Origin: an uncultured Actinomycetes bacterium | Lineage (GTDB): Bacteria > Actinomycetota > UBA4738 > HRBIN12 | Reading direction: 5' to 3' | Assembly (NCBI GenBank): GCA_963751665.1 | Contig: CAVVVF010000003.1 | Span: forward strand, 105,349-169,348 | DNA length: 64,000 nt | Shown: positions 48,472-56,961 of the stretch, one piece after another | Numbering within the stretch: the stretch's first letter is position 1 | Layout of the letters: every line of letters starts with the position of its first letter | Program-made: the position numbers and the translations under genes | The notes under the pieces: generated by a model | Told to the model about the DNA's origin: nothing | The model's input: only the letters and a program-made list of their open reading frames with translations | Database searches by the model: none

Positions 48472-50858
48472 CGCTCCTCCGCTTCGTCCGCGCTCCCTGG
48501 GGCGCGATGCCGCGCTGCGGCCGCCCTGGCCAGCCGCTCCTTGAGTGAGAGCCCCCCGGAGGGGGCAGCGGCAGCGGCGGCTTCCGGCTCCGGCTCTCCC
48601 GCCTCCCCCGGATCGACCCCGCCCTTCTGCCCCTTGGCCCGCGACAGCCGGGTGGCGATCGTCTCCTCCTCGGATTGGGCGAACAGCTCCTCGGCAGCCT
48701 TGGCCGTCCTGGATCGGCGCTCGGAACGAGCCTGAGCGACATCGTCCGGCGCCTCGTTCTCGGAAGTTCCGTCGGTGGCCTCCACGGCCTGCAACCTGCG
48801 CGCGCTCGATTCGGCTTGCTTGGCCTTCTTGGTTGCGGCCGTCAGCTCGTGCTGAGTGTTGGCCAAGGCCTCCTGGAGCCGTTGGAGCTCCGAGGCGTCT
48901 TGAAGCCGCTGGGCCTCCAACTCACCGACCCGGGCGGCGAGCTGAGCCGCACGTCCCTCATCGTCTGCCGCTACTGGCCCCGGTGACGCTCCTGCCAGCG
49001 CCCGATCGAGCTCTGCAGCCAGCCGGGCCCGGTCCTCCTCCACGGCCCGGAGGCGCCCCTCTGCTTGCTCGGCTCGCCCTTCGCGCTCGGCCTTGGCCGC
49101 GAGCTCCTTCTCCTTGGCTACGAGCGATCCCTTGACCCGCTCCAATTCCACGGAGAGCTTGGTTCGGTCCTGCTCGATCTCCCGGAGGCGGGCGTCGGAT
49201 TGCGCGGCTCGCTGTTCGGCCTGCCGCCCGCCTTGCTCGAGCTGGGTCAAGCGCTCCTCTGCCTGCTTCGTCACTGCCTCCAGCTGGGCAACCCGCTGCT
49301 CGGCCTGAACGGCTCGCTCCGCAGCCTGCCCCGCCTTCTCGTCGGCCTGCCGGGCCTTGTCCTCGGCCTGCCGCGTGAGGTCCTCGGCTTGGCGCGCCCG
49401 CTCCTCCGTCAGCTTGAGCCGCTCGTCGGCGTATCCGCTCTGCTCTCCCGCCTTCCGGCTCCCTTCCTCCGCCTTCTGGGCCCGCTCTTCCGCCTTCGCC
49501 AGTTCGTCCGTCACCTGCTTGGCTCGCGCCTCGGCCTTCATCACGAGCTCCTCGGCATGCTTGGCCCGCTCCTCGGCCTTGGCCAGCTGCGCGGCGGCCT
49601 CGGCCAGGGACCCGGCGTCCTTGGACCTCGACACGCTACGGGCCTTCTGGCTCGCGATCTCATCCTTCGCCCGGTCGAGCTCAGCGGAGGCCACTTTGCG
49701 CTCCTCCTCGAACTGCCGGGCCGCCGACTCGAGCGACGCGGCCTTCGCGTTGGCATCCGTCAGCGCCGCCTCCAGCTCCTCAAGCCGGGCTTGGGCCTTC
49801 TTGTCGGCCTTCGCCGAACCGCCACCGCCGCTCTCGCCCGCCGGCGCGGCCGCCCGATCCTGGAGTTCCCCCTCCAAGCGCGTCACCTCCGCGGCCATCC
49901 GGTCCCGCTCGGCCTCGAGCGCGGCGAAGCGCCTTGCAACGGCCTCGTCCCCGCCCTTGACCGGCTTCGGGGACTGCGCCGCCGCCGTCATGAGCTCCAG
50001 CTGTTCGTGGGCCGCGACCAACCGCTCCGCGATCTGGCGCTTCTCCCGCTCCGAGGCGGCCACGCGCTGCTCGCCGATGCGGAGGGACTCCTCTACCAAC
50101 TCCAGCCTCCTCTCCAGCTCCTTCTGCAGCCGGGTGGAACCGCCTTGCGCGAACCCCGGCGCCGGGTGGGCCACGACCTCGGGTGGGACCTCGAATCGCT
50201 GCGCCGCACGCCACGCCAGGAACGAGGCAACCAGCATGAGGAGCGCGATGAGGATGAGGACGCCGATGACGAGCTGGACCGGCCTCCACAGCTGGTAGGC
50301 GGCGGTCTTGATGGCCGCGTACCGGTGGTCCACCTCGACCACTGCCGCGGCCTTGGGCTGGCTCTCCAGGCGGAGCGCGGCGAAGGTCACGTACAGGCGC
50401 TCGTTCGAGTCGGCCAGCCCGCTCGTCACCGGCGTTTGGGGTTCGGTCAGGACGCTCGCCACGCCGCCCAACGACCCCGTCCGAAATTGCGGGCTGCCGA
50501 TCTGGGCCACACCGATCTTGTCGCCGGCGTCGGTGGAGAACACCAGCGTGCCGCTGAGATTGAAGATCCGAACCCGGAGGACCTCGTCGTCGTTCAGGAC
50601 GTGGTCCTTGACCTCCTTGAGCAGCGCTTTGTAGGCATCTCCCTGGATCGGCTTCGACACCTGGGTGGCGGTGAGATCCGAGAGTGGCTTCTTCGTGGTG
50701 TAGCCCACCGCCCGTGCCTGGGCCCCCCGCTGCTGGTCCCCCACCGCGCTCCAGGCGAACACGAACGAGAGGGCCATCGCTCCGGCCAGGGCCACGATGG
50801 CCAGGCCCCATCCGACCCGGCTCATGCGGGAGCTCGTCAGCTTTCGAACCAATCCCAT
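48468..50858 (-). CDS. Large membrane protein: TM, about 170-aa extracytoplasmic domain, TM, about 570-aa Ala/Glu/Arg/Lys/Gln coiled coil
   Basis: Track ORF 48468..50891 (GTG 50891 or ATG 50858). TM1 VGWGLAIVALAGAMALSFVFAW; TM2 VQLVIGVLILIALLMLVASFLAW. Reiterated KAEERAKHAEE, KAEERAQKAEE and RQAEDKARQADEKAGQAAERAVQAEQRVAQLE heptad-like text. No enzymatic domain seen. Confidence 0.75.
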   Translation of the reverse strand: MGLVRKLTSSRMSRVGWGLAIVALAGAMALSFVFAWSAVGDQQRGAQARAVGYTTKKPLSDLTATQVSKPIQGDAYKALLKEVKDHVLNDDEVLRVRIFNLSGTLVFSTDAGDKIGVAQIGSPQFRTGSLGGVASVLTEPQTPVTSGLADSNERLYVTFAALRLESQPKAAAVVEVDHRYAAIKTAAYQLWRPVQLVIGVLILIALLMLVASFLAWRAAQRFEVPPEVVAHPAPGFAQGGSTRLQKELERRLELVEESLRIGEQRVAASEREKRQIAERLVAAHEQLELMTAAAQSPKPVKGGDEAVARRFAALEAERDRMAAEVTRLEGELQDRAAAPAGESGGGGSAKADKKAQARLEELEAALTDANAKAASLESAARQFEEERKVASAELDRAKDEIASQKARSVSRSKDAGSLAEAAAQLAKAEERAKHAEELVMKAEARAKQVTDELAKAEERAQKAEEGSRKAGEQSGYADERLKLTEERARQAEDLTRQAEDKARQADEKAGQAAERAVQAEQRVAQLEAVTKQAEERLTQLEQGGRQAEQRAAQSDARLREIEQDRTKLSVELERVKGSLVAKEKELAAKAEREGRAEQAEGRLRAVEEDRARLAAELDRALAGASPGPVAADDEGRAAQLAARVGELEAQRLQDASELQRLQEALANTQHELTAATKKAKQAESSARRLQAVEATDGTSENEAPDDVAQARSERRSRTAKAAEELFAQSEEETIATRLSRAKGQKGGVDPGEAGEPEPEAAAAAAPSGGLSLKERLARAAAARHRAPGSADEAEER

Positions 50859-51010
50859 GTGCACGCCACCCCTGGGCTTGGCAGTCGGCACGGCGAGCCG
50901 AGCCCTGATTGAGCCTTCGGTCGGGATGGGGGGCGCCTTGAACCCTCAGGCCGGGGAAAGGTGGCCGAACGGCCTACGCCGCCCGGGCGACGAGGCGGGC
51001 GAACGCGGGC

Positions 51011-51736
51011 CTAGCGACGGAGCAGCCCTGCCACCACGTTGATCAACATGGCCACCACACCGGTGCCGAACACGTACGAGAGGAGCGCGTGACGGAAGGC
51101 CGTCCTGCGGATGGGCCTCTCGGTGAGGGCCGTGTCGGACACCTGATAGGTCATCCCGATGGTGAATGCGACGTACGCGAAGTCCAGGTAGGTCGGCGGA
51201 TGGTCGTCGTTGAAGTCGATCCCTCCGCCTCCCGCGAAGTAGAGCCTGGCGTAGCGCAGCGTGAAGACCGTGTGGACGGCTCCCCAGGAAAGGATGACGC
51301 TCAGGGTCGCGACGGCGGTGATGAACGCCCGGGTGGCGCCGCTCTCGCCGGACGCCTTGAGGAGCGTCAGACCCACGCCGAGAAGGCTCGCCGCGCTGGC
51401 GGCGATAAGGATGATCTCCGCAGCAGTCCTGGAGTCGTCCTCGAGGGTGGCGAACTCGGCCGTCGCCGGGCCGTCCATGCGCCCAACGCTCAGCCATACC
51501 GAGGTCATGTACACGGCGGCCGCAACGCTCCATCCGATGAGGGAGGCGACCTGCCATGGCGTCAGGAGGGCCGCGATGCCGAAGGCGAGCGCGCCCGCCC
51601 CGAACGAGAACAGCACGCGTGTCCCCGCCCTGATGTGTGAGCGCTTGACGCCGCCCCCGTTACTCCCAGCCTCGCTCGCCACCGAGGCAAACCATAAGCC
51701 CAATCGCAATGCGCTCTGTGTACGTCGGGCCGGCAT
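51011..51736 (-). CDS. DUF1345-like membrane protein
   Basis: The last 241 codons of ORF 51011..52051, from ATG 51736. Motifs YFAGGGGIDFNDDHPPTYLDFAYVAFTIGMTYQVSD; 5-6 TM helices. Confidence 0.7.
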   Translation of the reverse strand: MPARRTQSALRLGLWFASVASEAGSNGGGVKRSHIRAGTRVLFSFGAGALAFGIAALLTPWQVASLIGWSVAAAVYMTSVWLSVGRMDGPATAEFATLEDDSRTAAEIILIAASAASLLGVGLTLLKASGESGATRAFITAVATLSVILSWGAVHTVFTLRYARLYFAGGGGIDFNDDHPPTYLDFAYVAFTIGMTYQVSDTALTERPIRRTAFRHALLSYVFGTGVVAMLINVVAGLLRR

Positions 51737-51786
51737 TTTCCGAGTGCGGGCGGCAGCCAGGATCGCGTCGAGGCCAGGGATGCTGC

Positions 51787-51808
51787 AGTGGAGACGAGCG
51801 GACTCGAA
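51787..51808 (-). repeat. Exact 22-nt copy of the 3' end of tRNA-Ala (att-like direct repeat)
   Basis: AGTGGAGACGAGCGGACTCGAA at 51787..51808 is identical to 56134..56155, which covers the tRNA-Ala acceptor 3' strand, part of the T arm and 2 flanking nt. Same orientation; similarity decays beyond it. Confidence 0.75.
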
Positions 51809-51890
51809 ACCACGCCCGCGTGTACGGCAGAGATTCGTGGGTGCAATGTCGGTGATACCTTCCGAAGAGGAGGTTTCGAGGAGGAAGCTG

Positions 51891-52265
51891 ATGAGCGACA
51901 CGACGATGGAGTTGGCGCGAATGGGGTTCGCCGCCTGGCAGCAGGGCGACTTCCCCACCATCGAAGCGCTACTGGACCCGGCCGTCAAGTGGAGATGGTT
52001 CGAGCCCGGCGAATGGGACTGCCGCGGTCGGCAGGACGTCATGGATGTCATCCGGGAGCGGTACGAGCAGGGCTTCGCCCGGGGCGAGCTCGAGTTCGTG
52101 GACGGGGGTCAGGATTCCGTGATCGTGGTGGCGCACCCCGCGGCCATCGGCGGCGAGGAGTGGCCGGCCGAGACCGCAACGGTCATCACATTCCGCGAGA
52201 GCAAGGTCGTCGACATGCAGGATTATCGAACCAAGGACGAGGCTCTGCCAACCGCCATCATTTGA
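51891..52265 (+). CDS. SnoaL-like / NTF2-fold small protein
   Basis: ATG 51891 after GAGGAGG, inside ORF 51261..52265, 124 aa. MELARMGFAAWQQGDFPTIEALLDPAVKWRWFEPG is typical of the ketosteroid-isomerase-like fold. Confidence 0.65.
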   Translation: MSDTTMELARMGFAAWQQGDFPTIEALLDPAVKWRWFEPGEWDCRGRQDVMDVIRERYEQGFARGELEFVDGGQDSVIVVAHPAAIGGEEWPAETATVITFRESKVVDMQDYRTKDEALPTAII

Positions 52266-52323
52266 AGCCAAGTGGCGGGCTCGAATCCTCCCGTCGGGAC
52301 CTGTCAGCTGTCAAGGCACGGGA

Positions 52324-52857
52324 TCAGGACAGCATCACGAAGAGGTTGTCGCCCGTGACGTGCCTGTTGAAATTGATCCCGCGCGCGTTGGCCGTAACCC
52401 CTTCACTCGTTCCCGGAGGCGCCTGTCCACCCGGATCGTGGATCTGGCAGTTCACCACGAGCAGCCCATCCCTTTCGACACCTGTGGAGGACGTCGAGTG
52501 GAAACCGAAGATTGCCTCACCGCCACAGAAGTCCGGCGGCAGCGGCGGCATGCCCTCGACCTCGCCGCAGCCGTAGAACTGGAATGCGACGAGCCGGGTG
52601 AGTGTGAACGTCCCCATCTCCACCACGGTTGTGCCGTCCATGACCTCGTAGGAACCGCTGCCGCTCGCCGTCCTATTGGCGACGTTGAACGAGCCCGCCA
52701 GCTCAGTCTCGAGTGTCAGGCCGGTGCTCGATGCGCTAACCGTCGGTTCGACGAAGACCTGGAAGGCCGACCTCGAGGTCGCGGCCCCGGCGGTTCCCGC
52801 GGCGATGGTCGCAGCGCAGAACGCGACGACAACGATGAACGCGGTACGTCTCATCAT
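52324..52857 (-). CDS. Secreted hypothetical protein
   Basis: Track ORF, 177 aa. Signal peptide MMRRTAFIVVVAFCAATIAAGTAGA; four Cys. No family recognised. Confidence 0.6.
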   Translation of the reverse strand: MMRRTAFIVVVAFCAATIAAGTAGAATSRSAFQVFVEPTVSASSTGLTLETELAGSFNVANRTASGSGSYEVMDGTTVVEMGTFTLTRLVAFQFYGCGEVEGMPPLPPDFCGGEAIFGFHSTSSTGVERDGLLVVNCQIHDPGGQAPPGTSEGVTANARGINFNRHVTGDNLFVMLS

Positions 52858-53113
52858 GCCTCCCTCCCTGCCAGAGAGGGCTTCAGACTAGTCCTATGCC
52901 CAGAGACGCCACAAGTCCTCACGGGAGCCGCTCGTCGACACGAAGCCGAACCCACGCCTGGCGCCGACTCGATCCCTCGATGTACCGCCTGGTTCCGTCG
53001 GCTCCTTGACCGGATGTTTGACCAGAGTCAAGCGGAGCGGGGCGGCCCTGCTTCAGACGAGGGTCGCAGTCCTCATAATCAAACCTCGCCCTCCGGGCAT
53101 TCATGTACCGACG

Positions 53114-53656
53114 ATGGATGAGCCGCTCCGCCTCGTGTCCGATCCGGCCCCTCCGGAAGGTCTCGCCGCCCCCTCGGAGCAGGTGACGGGCTTCGAGGAC
53201 CTCGTCGAGGCCGAGAGTCCCGGGCTGTACGGAGCCCTGTGCCTGATCGCAAGGGATCGCTTCGAGGCCGAGGACGTGATGCAGGAAGCGTTCTTGAAGG
53301 TCTGGGAGCGCTGGGACCGTGTGCGGGTCATGGAGGACCCGACCGGCTACCTCTACCGCACGGCGCTGAACCTGTACCGCCAGCGCCTGCGTCGCGCATC
53401 GTTGGCGGTCCGACGCGCGATCCGTCTCGCGCCTCCCCGCGACGAGCTCGCCGAAGTCGAGTCGCGCGACGCGGTCGTGCGAGCGCTCGCGGAACTCACC
53501 CCGAGGCAGCGGATGAGCGTGGTGCTGGTCGACCTCCTCGACCATTCCTCGGAGGAAGCCGCGCGGGTGATGGGTATCGAGGCGGCCACGGTCCGGGTCT
53601 TGGTCTCGCAGGGACGAGCGGCGCTCAAGCGGAACGCGGGTGATCCAGATGAGTGA
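53114..53656 (+). CDS. ECF-type RNA polymerase sigma-70 factor
   Basis: ATG 53114 inside ORF 53006..53656. Region 2 EDVMQEAFLKVWERWDRV...PTGYLYRTALNLYRQR. Region 4 LTPRQRMSVVLVDLLDHSSEEAARVMGIEAATVRVLVSQGRAAL. Confidence 0.85.
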   Translation: MDEPLRLVSDPAPPEGLAAPSEQVTGFEDLVEAESPGLYGALCLIARDRFEAEDVMQEAFLKVWERWDRVRVMEDPTGYLYRTALNLYRQRLRRASLAVRRAIRLAPPRDELAEVESRDAVVRALAELTPRQRMSVVLVDLLDHSSEEAARVMGIEAATVRVLVSQGRAALKRNAGDPDE

Positions 53657-54885
53657 CACGAAGCAGATGCTGCAGCGCGCTCGGGATCGGTTCGAGCCTC
53701 CCGAGGACGTGATGGGCTCGCTGATCCGCCGACGCGAGCGGAAGGAGCGGAACCGGCGCATCTCCGCGGGGGCTCTCGCGATCATCCTCGCGCTCGTGAG
53801 CTTCGTGGCCCTGACGCGTGCCTTCCGCAGCGCCGAGCGTCCCGCGGACCACGAACCGACGCCGAAGCCCCCAGGCATCTTCTCGGAGGTCGGCGGCTGG
53901 ATCGTGTACGGGCCGCTGAGCGAGAGGTGCGAGCCATCGCCCTGCGGAACCGAGGGGATCTGGGCGGTGGATCCGACGCACCCGGACGACCCGGAACGGC
54001 CAGATCCAGCTGAGCACGAACCGAGGGACCCCGCTGGCGTGGTCGAGCGACGGCTCGAAGCTGCTCATCCTGCGGACCAACAACGTCCGCCCACCGGGCC
54101 TTCGTCGGCAGCAACCTCTTCGTGTTGAACGCGGACGGAACCGAGACGCGGTTGACGGAGGGTGACGCCTGGTCGGCGGCGGCTCGTTCTCCCCGGACGG
54201 CACGAAGGTCGTGTACGCCACCGGGGCTACGGGGTCGAGCCACCCGGGCATCTACGTGGTCGACGCTGCGGGCGGCACGCCGCAGCGTCGCTCCTCACCG
54301 GACGAGGGAGCTGCAAGCGCCGACGTTCTCCCCCGACGGGTCGAAGATCGCCTACTTCGATGGCCTCGGGCATTCGTGGCATACCGCCTCCGGGTGATGA
54401 ACGCCGACGGGAGCGGCTCGCGCGGACTTGAGCCACGACGTACGTTCGACGATACACGGGCGGTACCACACTCGGAGCCTCGTCTGGTCTCCCGACGGCA
54501 CACGCCTCGCGATCGACCTCCTGCGAGATATCTACACGTCGGGGCCGACGGCTCGGGATCTCACCCTGGTGATCCCGCACGGTGGGAATCCGAACTGGTC
54601 GCCGGACGGCTCCCGCATCGCGTACGACTCTCGAGGACGTCTCGACCGCATCCGGATCGCCCGCTCAGATCGCGGACGCAGACGGGACAGAACATCCAGG
54701 AGTTCGGCTACGCCCGATCTGGGCCGTGGAACCCGCTGGTCCAGCCGGAGCCGGAGGTCGCCGAGGCGCCGGTGGCGAGCGAGGGCTCGACGCCGGCCTC
54801 GATCCTTCTGCCGGTAGCAGCCCTCCTGACCCTGGTCGTTGGCTTCGTTCTCATGCGTCGTCGGCGTAGGGCCCCGGGCGCGTGA
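53649..54885 (+). CDS. Probable anti-sigma / membrane-anchored PD40 (TolB-like) beta-propeller protein, copy 1; several frameshifts as given
   Basis: ATG 53649 overlaps the sigma gene end. TM helix ISAGALAIILALVSFVAL. The gene is spread over ORFs 53640.., 54122.., 54211..54885 and others. Repeats read FSPDGTKVVY, FSPDGSKIAYFDG, VWSPDGTRLAID, NWSPDGSRIAYDS. C-terminal TM helix plus RRRRR. Confidence 0.55.
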
Positions 54886-56069
54886 TCCGCCTCAGACGGA
54901 AGGAGCGGAACCGTCGCATCTCGGCGGCGGTCATCGGGATCGCAATCGGGTTCCTCAGCCTCGCGGGCCTGACGTGGGTCCTCCGCAGCGCCGGGCGCGC
55001 TGCGGACGAACCGCCCCCGCCGAAGCCCTCAGGCATCTTCTCGGAAGTCGGCGGCTGGATCGTGTACGGGGACCAGCAAGGGATCTGGGCGGTGGACCCG
55101 TCGCATCCCGGCGATCGCGAGAGCCGGGTCCAGTTGAGCTCCAACGGGGGGATCCCGCTCGCGTGGTCGAGCGACGGGTCGGAGCTCCTCATCTCGCGCG
55201 AGTTCTGGGTTCTCCTTTCGCGACGTCAACTTCGGCATGGGGAGGAGTTGCCGGCTTCGCGGCGCGGGCTGTTCGTGCTGCACGCGGACGGCACGGAGAC
55301 CCATCTGGTCCGCGAGGAGGTCAGCGGCGCCTCCTTCAGCCCCGACGGGACGACGGTCGTCTTCGCGCCGTCGCTCGAGCTGAACCGACCCACCTCGACC
55401 CGGGCATCTACAGCATCGACGCCGACGGCGGCGTGCCGAGGCTGCTCGTCGAATCTAGCAGCCGCTACATCCCGGAGCAGGACCGCAGCTTCCGCACCGG
55501 TGTGTACTTCCCGACGTTCTCACCCGACGGGACGCAGATCGCGTACTTCGATGGCTTCGGGGACAACAGCCATAGCCTGCGCGTGGTCAACGCCGACGGG
55601 GGCGATCTGCACGTGCTGATCGACAACATGGAGGCGTACCGCATCACCAACCTCGTCTGGTCGCCCGACGGCAAGACTCTCGCGTTCGGCCGCAGAATCA
55701 ATGACGGGGTCTACACGATCGGGGTGGACGGCTCAGGGCTCACGCTCGTGATCCCCGATGGGGTGAATCCGCACTGGTCGCTAGACGGCTCCCGCATCTC
55801 GTACGATCGCGAGAGAACGGACGAGAGCCGCCGCGATCTCTACATCGCTGATCGGGACGGAACTCACGTTCAGTTACTTCCGCTTCGGCTTCGCGGCATC
55901 CGGGCCGTGGAACCCGCTCGTCCAGCCGGAGCCCGCGGTCGCCGAGGCGCCGGCGGCGAGCGAAGGCCTGACGTTGACCTCGACGCTCCTTCTCGTGGTG
56001 GCCTTCCTGGCCCTGGTCGCAGGGGCCGTCCTCATTCGCCGTCGGATGCAGAAGACAAGGGGCGCGTGA
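54882..56069 (+). CDS. PD40 beta-propeller membrane protein, copy 2 (tandem paralogue lacking the first about 25 aa of copy 1); frameshifts as given
   Basis: GTG 54882 (GTGA overlap). RKERNRRISAAVIGIAIGFLSL, PSGIFSEVGGWIVYG and GIWAVDPSHP parallel copy 1. It continues in ORF 54839..56119 (FSPDGTQIAYFDG, VWSPDGKTLAF). The last frame gives SGPWNPLVQPEPAVAEAP, a TM helix and RRRMQKTRGA, with TGA 56067..56069. Confidence 0.55.
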
Positions 56070-56135
56070 CTCGGTCGATCCTGTCGAGCCGAAGCGGCGG
56101 TCATCAGGCCACCGTCTGATCAGCGTCTTGGGAAG

Positions 56136-56208
56136 TGGAGACGAGCGGACTCGAACCGCCGACCCCCTGCTTGCAAAGCAGGTGCTCTACCGACTGAGCT
56201 ACGTCCCC
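56136..56208 (-). tRNA. tRNA-Ala (anticodon TGC)
   Basis: Reverse complement reads GGGGACG...CGTCTCC, with the G3:U70 Ala identity pair. Anticodon stem CCTGC/GCAGG with loop TTTGCAA. T-loop TTCGAGT. 73 nt; CCA is not encoded. Confidence 0.9.
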
Positions 56209-56320
56209 GCCGTCCATGATAGGCGGCGGACGACGGCCCGGCCGTAGCAGCAAGGCTGGGAACGGAACCCTTCCCCGAACTCCGGTGTAGTGGGAGCATC
56301 ACTTCTGGAGGGAGACCTTC

Positions 56321-56952
56321 ATGCGACGGACCCTGCTCGTGACGGCGGTCGCCACGGTGGTCGCTCAGCGTCCTCCATGTGGCCAGCCCAGGCGAAGGGG
56401 CTCGAGGAGCACGCCCGGGTGGTGGTCCGGGGTCCCGGGCTCGCCGATCCCATCCGGCTGAGCGGGGAGGAGGCGTTCGTCTTCGTTGGACGATCCGGAG
56501 CCTTCCAGCCTAAGTGGGACGTGCCCAACCTCGGGGGCGACCTCACGCCCGACGCGGATCTCGGCATGGCGTACCGGGCGGTCGTCACCCTGCGCTGCGG
56601 GAAGGGCAGGCAGGCCACGTACAGCCAAACCTTGTTCCCGGAGGCGCCCGGCGGGCTCCAGGTCCTCACTCCTCCTGGGGCCACGCAGTGCTACGGGATC
56701 GATGCCATGCCCGGGTACTGGCCGGCTGCGGACGAGCTCCTCACGCTGCTCGTGAGCAAAGGGTTGCCGGTGAGCACCGGCGAGCAGGGAACCGCCGACG
56801 ACCGCTCCAAGGCCCAAGCCGTCGCGGGCGACGGGGGGTCCGGCGGGTCGTTCGGGGCAGGCCTGGCCATCACGATCGCGCTCGCGGTGGCCCTCGCGCT
56901 CCTGGGCATCGGCATCGGGCTCGCCGCGAGGCGGCGACGCGGGACGGCCTAA
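56321..56952 (+). CDS. Secreted protein with C-terminal TM anchor and Arg-rich tail; 1 frameshift as given
   Basis: ATG 56321, 9 nt after GGAGG, gives the signal MRRTLLVTAVATVV. A -1 shift near 56360 moves into ORF 56290..56952 (..WPAQA|KGLEEH...). It ends GAGLAITIALAVALALLGIGIGLAARRRRGTA. Confidence 0.55.
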
Positions 56953-56961
56953 CGCTACGCG

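Larger units (their letters stand above)
51787..56208. mobile_element. Putative decayed tRNA-Ala-associated genomic islet (no integrase present)
   Basis: Bounded by the intact tRNA-Ala (56136..56208) and the 22-nt partial repeat of its 3' end. Cargo: SnoaL-like gene, secreted protein, ECF sigma factor and two PD40 paralogues. Confidence 0.3.

Noticed and set aside
49065-50912. 615-aa plus-strand ORF opposite the coiled-coil gene
   Set aside because: The Leu/Gly/Arg/Pro-rich translation is the mirror of the Ala/Glu/Lys/Arg-rich coiled coil. The minus-strand product has coherent TM and heptad organisation, so the plus-strand ORF is a shadow.
51787-51860. Possible extra tRNA gene; the translated track ORFs show the GFESARLH signature of a T arm
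   Set aside because: Only the acceptor-3' and partial T-arm 22-mer is present. The adjoining sequence cannot form T, anticodon or D stems, and no complementary 5' acceptor strand exists. I interpret it as an att-like partial repeat.
52271-52296. AGTGGCGGGCTCGAATCCTCCCG, faintly similar to a tRNA 3' end or to the att-like 22-mer
   Set aside because: The putative T stem does not pair (GGCGG versus CCTCC) and the match to the 22-mer is short and gapped. It is most likely chance similarity in a GC-rich background.
53649-56069. PD40 propeller genes as the missing MauB heavy chain of the mau-like cluster
   Set aside because: The repeat signatures (FSPDG/WSPDG) are TolB/PD40-type, not the MauB propeller. 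The genes are on the opposite strand and are separated from the cluster by tRNA-Ala and another gene. They are coupled instead to an ECF sigma factor.
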